Origin: Calditrichia bacterium
GTDB taxonomy: Bacteria; Calditrichota; Calditrichia; JAJRVZ01
Length of the DNA: 64,000 nt
Assembly (NCBI GenBank): GCA_963796965.1
Contig: CAWCNS010000007.1
Coordinates: forward strand, 384,001 to 448,000
Direction of reading: 5' to 3'
Part shown: piece after piece, positions 54,785 to 64,000 of the stretch
How positions within the stretch are numbered: the stretch's first letter is position 1
How the letters are laid out: the number at the start of each line of letters is the position of its first letter
Translations under genes and position numbers: made by a program
Notes under the pieces: generated by a model
Database searches by the model: none
The model's input: the letters and a program-made list of their open reading frames with translations, nothing else
Told to the model about the DNA's origin: nothing

Positions 54785-55810
54785 TTACGTTATATCTACT
54801 GTAAATTTTTTAAGTTTATTTAATTTTTCCAAAGCCGCACCTGATAAAATGGAATTGCGTGCTTCCTGAACGCCTTCCCATATTGAGTTCACCTTTCCAC
54901 TGACCTTAATAGCCGCACCTGCATTTAGAAGAACCACATCCATAGCAGGAGAAGATACACCTTTCAGAACATCCATCAACATCTTCTTATTTTGTATTGC
55001 TGAGTTTGCCTGAATACGGTTCAGCGGTGCTTCGGAAATCTTAAAATTATCCGGGCGTATATGGTATTCATAGATCGATCCATCTACCAATTCACAGACC
55101 TTTGTTTGGCCACTTATTGAAATTTCATCAATTCCTTCAATGCCATGAACAGCCATCGCCTGAACCGCTCCCAGCTCTTTAAGTACTTCAACCATTAAAC
55201 GAACCAATTTAATATCATAAACACCAACCAATTGCCTTTTCGTTCTGGCTGGATTTGTAAGTGGTCCAAGTATATTAAAAATTGTTCTCGCGCCAATTTC
55301 TCTGCGTGGCCCCATAGCATATAAGGTAGAAGTTTTTAACTTCGGAGCGAATAAAAACGCAATGCCCACTTCATATAAGCATTCTTCCATTTTTTCAGGC
55401 GGAATATCAATATTTACACCTAAGGCAGTCAAAACATCAGAACTACCACACTTACTGGAGACAGAGCGCATTCCATGTTTGGCCACTGCCACACCTGCCC
55501 CGGCAGCAACAAATGCTGCTGCAGTGGATATATTAAAGGTATTGAGGGAATCGCCTCCCGTTCCACAGGTATCGACAATATTTTTATAATGGGATTTGAT
55601 ACGCGTCGCTCCGTCATTCATTGCCTCAACGGCCCCTGTTACTTCCTCAACGGTTTCTCCTTTTATTCGCAATGCAACCAAAAACGCAGATATTTGTGCC
55701 TCTGTCGCCTCTCCACGCATGATAATTTTCATGATCTTTTTGCTCTCATTGCGTGTGAGGCTCCGACCCTCGATCAGGTGATTTATGGCTTTTTGAATGA
55801 CGGTTGACAT
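54785..55810 (-). CDS. trpD: Anthranilate phosphoribosyltransferase family protein (divergent acceptor-site motifs)
   Basis: DTCGTGGD, FNIST, AKHG.RSVSS..GS.D, RTIFNILGPLTNPA, GIDEIS. Confidence 0.8.
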   Translation of the reverse strand: MSTVIQKAINHLIEGRSLTRNESKKIMKIIMRGEATEAQISAFLVALRIKGETVEEVTGAVEAMNDGATRIKSHYKNIVDTCGTGGDSLNTFNISTAAAFVAAGAGVAVAKHGMRSVSSKCGSSDVLTALGVNIDIPPEKMEECLYEVGIAFLFAPKLKTSTLYAMGPRREIGARTIFNILGPLTNPARTKRQLVGVYDIKLVRLMVEVLKELGAVQAMAVHGIEGIDEISISGQTKVCELVDGSIYEYHIRPDNFKISEAPLNRIQANSAIQNKKMLMDVLKGVSSPAMDVVLLNAGAAIKVSGKVNSIWEGVQEARNSILSGAALEKLNKLKKFTVDIT

Positions 55811-55942
55811 GTGATCAGAACCTGGCTTTTATTATTTGTGTCATATGAGCGTCTATAGGTTTAGTTTTTTATTATTTTAAGATAATTAATACGATGTTCG
55901 ATGTTGGATCCAGGATAAATAAAGAAAATTTTTAGTCGCGTA

Positions 55943-56797
55943 TCATTCCTCGCCTGGATTTTTCTTAAATTCATCAATAATCTCAAGAATATCATACGCT
56001 TCTGGATAGTCATTTGAGATTTTTTTATGCTCTACATTTATTTCCCATGAATTATCATAGTTTGCTTCAATAACAGAGATTGCTTCTGAATCTTTTCCAT
56101 TACCCACGATGCAGACATCTCCCTCCCACCAGACGCCGCTTTCCTCATCATGTGCTATAAACAGTATATCTATATTCATATTTTGCCGGGCAAACTGTTT
56201 CGCCTCAGAAAGGTAGCCATGATAAACAACAATATTAAGTGACTGATTTACCAGATATTTGATTTTATACTCTGCCGGATCAAGTAGTTCAAGACTTGCA
56301 GGTTTTGGGATATAATCAAACGAATTTGGAGAGAGGATTGATGTAAAAGACACGCTATAAGGCCCATATTTTGCTTTTATAGGATTATTTTGACTATTTA
56401 AGGCATTTGATATGATCATCTTATCCTTCATGACGGATAAAACTCTCTGGTAAAATGAATCACCATCAATAAATATTTGGTCTCCCGGCACAACAAAATC
56501 ATAATCAAATTGTTGGTAGGCCTTAAACATAGCTTCATTTAATTCTTTGTAAGGATAATTATTAAAAAAATCACCCCCATCAATCATCAAAACATTGGCA
56601 TGGATCTTTTTATATGTATCTGAGATGTATTTGATTTTGCCGATACCACCCAAAGGCTTATCACCACAGCCGCAATTCTCTAAGGCTCCATTTACATTAG
56701 ATGTATAGATGATATAAAGAGGTTCAGCGCCTGACAAATGAGGTACAAGAGCAAGAAAATAAATTAAAATAAAGTGTCGATAATATTTTTGCAGCAT
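55943..56797 (-). CDS. Secreted UshA/5'-nucleotidase-like metallophosphoesterase-fold protein with CGC motif
   Basis: Signal peptide; YTSNVNG.LENCGC....GG, LMIDGGD, PGDQ in place of GNHE, YHG, IAH. Confidence 0.65.
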   Translation of the reverse strand: MLQKYYRHFILIYFLALVPHLSGAEPLYIIYTSNVNGALENCGCGDKPLGGIGKIKYISDTYKKIHANVLMIDGGDFFNNYPYKELNEAMFKAYQQFDYDFVVPGDQIFIDGDSFYQRVLSVMKDKMIISNALNSQNNPIKAKYGPYSVSFTSILSPNSFDYIPKPASLELLDPAEYKIKYLVNQSLNIVVYHGYLSEAKQFARQNMNIDILFIAHDEESGVWWEGDVCIVGNGKDSEAISVIEANYDNSWEINVEHKKISNDYPEAYDILEIIDEFKKNPGEE

Positions 56798-56818
56798 AGG
56801 TCTTAAAACTTTTTGTAC

Positions 56819-58093
56819 TTATCTAAATATAATTTGCTTCCTGTCAACTCCAACTGAAACATATTTCACCGGCACTGTTATAATTTTCTCGATATACTCA
56901 ACAAATAACCGGGCTTTTTCAGGCAAGCTCTCATATTGGCGACAATGATCAGTTGGCGATTGCCAACCTTGAATGGTCTCATAAACCGGCTCACATTCTT
57001 CCAGGATATCAGAACTTGCCGGAAAATTATCTACTATCTTACCATTTCTTTTATAATGTGTGCATACTTTAATTTCTTCAAATTCATCCAAAACATCCAA
57101 TTTAGTTAATGCATAGGCCGTAAAACCATTCAATCGGCCAGCATATCTCGCGGCGACGGCATCAAACCATCCACACCGTCTTGGCCGTCCAGTCGTTGCA
57201 CCAAATTCCCCGCCGGCTTTTCTTAGGGACTCACCAATATTGTTAATGTCCTCCGTGGGGAAAGGCCCACTTCCTACCCGTGTCGTATAAGCTTTAATAA
57301 CACCTATAATTTCTTCTAACGCCTGCGGTGGAAGACCCGATCCAGTTACGGCTCCGCCACTGGTCGGATTTGAAGATGTGACAAAGGGATAACTACCAAA
57401 ATCAATATCCAACAAGCATCCTTGTGCGCCTTCCAGGATCATCGAGGCACCTTCTTTCCAGGTCTCATATAGAAAGGCAGATGTATCACTGACATAAGGT
57501 TCAAGTTTATTTGCATAGTCAGAGAACTCTTTAAGAACCACACTTACCTTAATCGGAGGTTTTTTAAAATTATCTTTAAGTTCTTTGTTGATATGGCTTA
57601 GATTTTCCTCCAGCTTACTCTTTAAACTGGAATGGTTATATAAATCAATGAGCCTGATACCGGTACGATTGAATTTATCCACATAGGCAGGGCCAATTCC
57701 TCGACCCGTGGTGCCTATCTTTTTCATTTTTAAAGCTTCTTCATGCAGTTGATCAAGTAACTTGTGATAAGGAAATATTATATGCGCTCTATCTGAAATT
57801 AATAAGCGGTTTTCTACTTTTATCCCATTATCTGCCAGAAACTCTACTTCCTCAAAGAATGCAGTCGGATCAAAAACAACCCCATTGCCAATCACGCAAC
57901 GTACATCGGGCCTTAAAATGCCACCTGGTATTAAATGGAGAATATATTTTTTTTCATCAAAATAAACTGTATGCCCAGCATTTGCACCACCTTGATAGCG
58001 CGCAACAACATCAACATTTTCTGACAAAATATCAACTAGTTTTCCCTTGCCTTCATCGCCCCATTGGGCTCCAATTATGACTTTTACAGACAT
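56819..58093 (-). CDS. purA: Adenylosuccinate synthetase
   Basis: GAQWGDEGKGK, QGGANAGHT, IGTTGRGIGPAY, EGAQG, EFGATTGRPRRCGW, LTKLDVL. Confidence 0.98.
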   Translation of the reverse strand: MSVKVIIGAQWGDEGKGKLVDILSENVDVVARYQGGANAGHTVYFDEKKYILHLIPGGILRPDVRCVIGNGVVFDPTAFFEEVEFLADNGIKVENRLLISDRAHIIFPYHKLLDQLHEEALKMKKIGTTGRGIGPAYVDKFNRTGIRLIDLYNHSSLKSKLEENLSHINKELKDNFKKPPIKVSVVLKEFSDYANKLEPYVSDTSAFLYETWKEGASMILEGAQGCLLDIDFGSYPFVTSSNPTSGGAVTGSGLPPQALEEIIGVIKAYTTRVGSGPFPTEDINNIGESLRKAGGEFGATTGRPRRCGWFDAVAARYAGRLNGFTAYALTKLDVLDEFEEIKVCTHYKRNGKIVDNFPASSDILEECEPVYETIQGWQSPTDHCRQYESLPEKARLFVEYIEKIITVPVKYVSVGVDRKQIIFR

Positions 58094-58386
58094 TTTTTTT
58101 GAATTCCTGTTTTTAACACGCAATAATGAAAATTCTGAATCGTTCTACGCAATTCGAAAATTACAAATTATTTTAGATTGGTGCACTAAAAATATAATTA
58201 AAAGTAGGAAAATAAAGGCACATTTCTTGATAATATTACAGGCGGCAAAGAGATAATTACGAACAAAAATATCTACAATTCTCACCATTTATGGAAAATA
58301 TCAGGTAGGTAAACCAGACTTTCAGAAACGAGAGGTAGAATTCGCACCTTATGCCCTGCCTCCCCCGGGAAGCAACTCAGCATTTG

Positions 58387-58728
58387 CTAATTATTAAGAG
58401 ACGTAACCGCTTCCTCAATCGAACCGCTCGTTTCAAAGATGCCCGAAAGTTTTGTAATTTTTAATAAGTTTTGAATCCTCTCCGAAACATTGGCCAATTT
58501 AAGGCGGCCCTGATTATTTTTAAGTAATGTTGCTGCCTGGATTAAAATCCCAAGGCCTGAACTGTTCATCCATTCCACCTCGTCAAGATCAATAATAATC
58601 TTTATTTTCTTTTCATCAATCAATTGATTGAATTTATCATTGATCTCTGTTGCCTCAGGCCCACCCATTATTTTTCCGGATAGAGAGAGAATAACAATGC
58701 CATTTTTCTCAGTAAGAGAGTAATTCAT
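58387..58728 (-). CDS. STAS-domain anti-sigma-factor antagonist
   Basis: LSGKIMGG, IIDL..V.WMNSSGLG.L, LKITKL..IFE. Confidence 0.9.
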   Translation of the reverse strand: MNYSLTEKNGIVILSLSGKIMGGPEATEINDKFNQLIDEKKIKIIIDLDEVEWMNSSGLGILIQAATLLKNNQGRLKLANVSERIQNLLKITKLSGIFETSGSIEEAVTSLNN

Positions 58729-58738
58729 AAGATAATCC

Positions 58739-59641
58739 TTATTTTGCTGAACCCCTTCTTAATTGCCATTCAACAACGAAAGGACTGGCAACAAAGATTG
58801 ATGAATAGGTACCAACTATAATACCGATAATCAAAGCAAAGGCGAAAGACCTGAGTACCTCACCACCAAAAAAGAACAATACTGTAACCACCATTAAAGT
58901 GGTTAATGAAGTAATAATCGTTCTGCTTATGGTCTCATTGAGACTTCTATTGACAACTGCTCCAAAACCACTGTTGTCTTTTTGCTTAACTTTTAAATTT
59001 TCACGAATCCGGTCAAACACCACAATTGTATCGTTTAGAGAATAACCTACAATTGTAAGAACTGCCGCAATGATTGGTGCAGAAATTTCAATATCTAATA
59101 TTGAAAACAATCCCAATGTTATAAAAACATCATGAAGCAGGGCCAAAATAGCGCCAAGAGCAAATTTAAACTCAAATCGCCACATAACATAAAAGAGGAT
59201 TAATACAATGGCCCAAAATATTGCTGACATAAAGTCAACAATGAGTTCTTTACCTATTTTAGGCCCAACTTTTTCCAATCGTTGTTCCACAAAAGGGTTA
59301 TCCGGCAGAGCTTCCCGTATGATGGGCTCAAATCGACTGGTTAGCTCATCCGCGCTTTGCTCCACACCGGCCCGGATCACAACTTCATTCGGGTTACCAA
59401 AATATTTTATTTCGCTATCACCATAGCCCTTTGAACTGAGAGCTTCTCTGATATCTTCAATTTTAACTTCTTTTTCAAATTTCAACTGAACCAAAGTTCC
59501 GCCGGTAAAGTCGATGTTATAGCGAAGTCCACCATGAAGTACCATTGAAATAATACCGGCAAGTATTAATAAACTACTAATAACAAAACCGATTTTTCTT
59601 GAACCTATAAAATTAATATTTGTTTTTGAAAAAAAGCGCAT
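58739..59641 (-). CDS. secF: Protein translocase subunit SecF
   Basis: IDFTGGT, VGPKIG.EL, LHDV, GYSLNDTIVVFDRIRE, GTYSSIFVA. Confidence 0.96.
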   Translation of the reverse strand: MRFFSKTNINFIGSRKIGFVISSLLILAGIISMVLHGGLRYNIDFTGGTLVQLKFEKEVKIEDIREALSSKGYGDSEIKYFGNPNEVVIRAGVEQSADELTSRFEPIIREALPDNPFVEQRLEKVGPKIGKELIVDFMSAIFWAIVLILFYVMWRFEFKFALGAILALLHDVFITLGLFSILDIEISAPIIAAVLTIVGYSLNDTIVVFDRIRENLKVKQKDNSGFGAVVNRSLNETISRTIITSLTTLMVVTVLFFFGGEVLRSFAFALIIGIIVGTYSSIFVASPFVVEWQLRRGSAK

Positions 59642-59655
59642 TCCGTACAATCTCC

Positions 59656-61536
59656 CTAAATACTCAGTTCCTTTACCGTCCATTTTGATAACGCATAATC
59701 AAAGATCACACGCGTAACCACAATCGCCGTGAACATACTAGCTACAATTCCGATCATCATCGTTAATGCAAATCCTTTAATCGGCCCGGTCCCGAAGGTG
59801 TAAAGCACGATTCCAGCTATGAAAGTTGTCACATTAGCGTCAAGTATTGCACTAAATGCATTTCCATAACCCTGATCTATTGCCGATTTGACCGTTTTTC
59901 CTTTACCTAATTCTTCTCTAATTCTCTCAAAAATCAATACATTGGCGTCTACAGCCATACCTATTGTCAAAATAATGCCCGCAATACCCGGTAATGTCAA
60001 TGTCGCATTAAAATAAGCCATTACTGCCATTATAAATATAATATTTAGAGTAAGTGCCAAATTTGCCAGGCCACCCGACAATTTGTAATAAATGAGCATA
60101 AAAATGACGACCAGAACCATACCATACAAAGCAGATTGACTGCCACTAAGAATTGAATCCATACCAAGAGACGGCCCGACAGTTCTTTCTTCAATAATCT
60201 GAACCGGGGCTGGTAAAGCACCGGCACGCAATACTATTGACAAATCCTGTGCATCTTCCATAGTATCCATCCCGGTAATTCGGCTTCTTCCATCTCTGAT
60301 CTTTACCTGAATTTCAGGAGCTAAATAAACCTGATTATCAAGTACAACAGCCAGGCGTTTTTTGACATTTGCTCCGGTGACTCTCGAGAAGACACGGGCG
60401 CCATCATCATTCAAGGTAAAAGATACCTCAAACTTACCAATAGATGTCGGGTCCATTTGACTTCCGGCTCTTGGATCGGCCTCTGTTATTGTCTCACCTG
60501 TTAACTCAGATCTTTTATTTACGAGATACAACTCGTAGAATTGCCCTTGATACTCTTCCTTTACACCCCAGAGAAATTCAGCATCGCCAGCTTCATCCTG
60601 TATAATCTTTTGGATTTTCTCTAATTTTAACAACTCTTTAAACTTTTCGCGTTTATCAACGGGCACCATCAAAGTTTGCTGGTTGTTTGGATGAAGAAAA
60701 AAGAGATCTGCTTCAAACAATCCTGATTCACCGCTGGAATCTTCGCCTGCCGCAATAGCAGATTCTTTATCTGATCCGAACAATTCCTCCAGATTTACAC
60801 TGGAATCGGCCTTGGCTTTTTCTGATTCAGCTTCGCTGCTTGAATCCGATGGGGCAATCTTTGATTGAACAAATTCATGCATTTTTTCAGCGACAACTAA
60901 TGATACTTCCTGATCTTTCAATAAACGGAATTCCAATTTTGCTGTTTTGCCGATCAATTGCCTGACACGTGTGGGATCGGTAACCCCTGCCAACTCGATT
61001 ATAATCCTGTTTGTACCCTGTTTTTGAATAATGGGCTCTGCCACACCAAATTCATCAACACGATTAGTAAGGATCTCCTGGGCCCTGGTAACTGTTTCAT
61101 CATTCTGTTCCCGCAGATATTTTAATACATCATCCTCGGAACTCAATTCCCGGGATCCATAATATCTTACCAGCCTCGCTCCGCTCTCGTTTAACTTCCT
61201 ATTAAAAACAGTGATAAAATCCTCATCTGAATCGAGCACCTCAATCGCTGTGGCATCAAGCGCATCAGTAAATGCCTGATTTTTGTTTTTTGCTATCTGG
61301 CTTAACAACTCTTTTACATCAACTTCAAGGACCACATGCATACCACCCTGCAAATCAAGACCAAGGTTAACGGATTTGGATTTTAGATCTACTAATTCGT
61401 TCGGATTGTTTCTTTCCAACTGTTCAATTTCCGCTGAACTCATCTGCGTGAGTTTATATGTTGGGTATAATAAATATAATGAAAGTCCAAATACAGCGAG
61501 AATAATCACAAGTTTCATGGTAGTGCTGGACTGCAT
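59656..61536 (-). CDS. secD: Protein translocase subunit SecD
   Basis: LGLDLQGG, RVDEFGVAEP, LRAGALP, VGPSLG, TLPGIAG..LTIGMAVDANVLIFERIREE. Confidence 0.97.
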   Translation of the reverse strand: MQSSTTMKLVIILAVFGLSLYLLYPTYKLTQMSSAEIEQLERNNPNELVDLKSKSVNLGLDLQGGMHVVLEVDVKELLSQIAKNKNQAFTDALDATAIEVLDSDEDFITVFNRKLNESGARLVRYYGSRELSSEDDVLKYLREQNDETVTRAQEILTNRVDEFGVAEPIIQKQGTNRIIIELAGVTDPTRVRQLIGKTAKLEFRLLKDQEVSLVVAEKMHEFVQSKIAPSDSSSEAESEKAKADSSVNLEELFGSDKESAIAAGEDSSGESGLFEADLFFLHPNNQQTLMVPVDKREKFKELLKLEKIQKIIQDEAGDAEFLWGVKEEYQGQFYELYLVNKRSELTGETITEADPRAGSQMDPTSIGKFEVSFTLNDDGARVFSRVTGANVKKRLAVVLDNQVYLAPEIQVKIRDGRSRITGMDTMEDAQDLSIVLRAGALPAPVQIIEERTVGPSLGMDSILSGSQSALYGMVLVVIFMLIYYKLSGGLANLALTLNIIFIMAVMAYFNATLTLPGIAGIILTIGMAVDANVLIFERIREELGKGKTVKSAIDQGYGNAFSAILDANVTTFIAGIVLYTFGTGPIKGFALTMMIGIVASMFTAIVVTRVIFDYALSKWTVKELSI

Positions 61537-61729
61537 GAAAAAATAACCTCCTAAATAAATGTTAATTCAATATATAAAAAGCATAATTTAGACTTCAATA
61601 TTTCTAAAGTCAAACTAAATTTCGGTGTCTTATTATTAGTGAATATGATTGAAATCTGCATTATTTCTAATATTCTGAATCCCATATCCAATTCCGTGAA
61701 ACGCCGTTTCATTCCCTGGGTATAAAAAT

Positions 61730-63826
<2,097 letters not shown>

Positions 63827-63892
63827 TCATTTGATTTTTACTTATATTTTATTTCATCGATATAATAGTTTAGATCGAAAGATAATAATTTT

Positions 63893-63971
63893 TAACACGG
63901 AGTTCGCTGAGAGCGCAAAGAATCTATTTCAAATTTGATCATACTCGGCGCCCGCTGCGTTCTCTGCGTTG
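63893..63971. repeat. CGCAGAG-family inverted-repeat element
   Basis: aacacggagttcgctgagagcgcaaag ... ctcggcgcccgctgcgttctctgcgtt; like 2382-2460. Confidence 0.55.
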
Positions 63972-64000
63972 AAGAAGCGTCTCTCACGATTCAAATGGAT

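Noticed and set aside
56660..56680. Selenocysteine recoding in the UshA-like gene
   Set aside because: Codons are TGC GGC TGT; there is no in-frame TGA
58254..58386. GC-richer stretch upstream of purA as tRNA, SRP/6S RNA, purine riboswitch or 33 aa ORF
   Set aside because: No cloverleaf or recognisable conserved motifs and no RBS for the ORF; an Rfam scan would be needed to revisit

Overview
AT-rich bacterial chromosomal window with every supported gene on the minus strand. The organism is a diderm (TonB receptor, lipoproteins, TPR/PD40 proteins, Y_Y_Y propeller sensor); a Calditrichota/KSB1-like or other FCB-group lineage is my inference only. In transcription order (high to low coordinates) the window has four blocks. 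(1) Housekeeping/envelope/repair: ligA, secD, secF, STAS protein, purA, UshA-like phosphoesterase, divergent trpD, mltG, pcrA, large TPR protein, TPR-PD40 lipoprotein, mrfA/mrfB. (2) An FAD/Fe-S oxidoreductase, a Tat-exported NIPSNAP protein, and a beta-propeller/Y_Y_Y sensor fused to a CheA-like kinase with a single-domain receiver. (3) A ~20 kb inositol locus: GntR-LacI regulator with a perfect sigma70 promoter and overlapping palindrome, Thermotoga-type iolG-iolM-iolN-iolO, sugar ABC transporter, Zn dehydrogenase, GlpT-like MFS, IolK-like kinase, and a TonB receptor flanked by two lipoprotein metallophosphoesterases. This is the best candidate for an undescribed system (phytate/inositol-phosphate utilisation). 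(4) A sulfated-glycan cluster: GH36-like, GH151-like, three sulfatases and two beta-helix proteins. Intergenic spaces contain several families of short inverted-repeat elements, including a DUF559 nuclease cassette present in filled and empty form and a tiny hairpin inserted inside other repeats. About 25 single-base frameshifts split genes between ~10 and 55 kb, most likely long-read indel errors. No rRNA, tRNA or CRISPR array was recognised.
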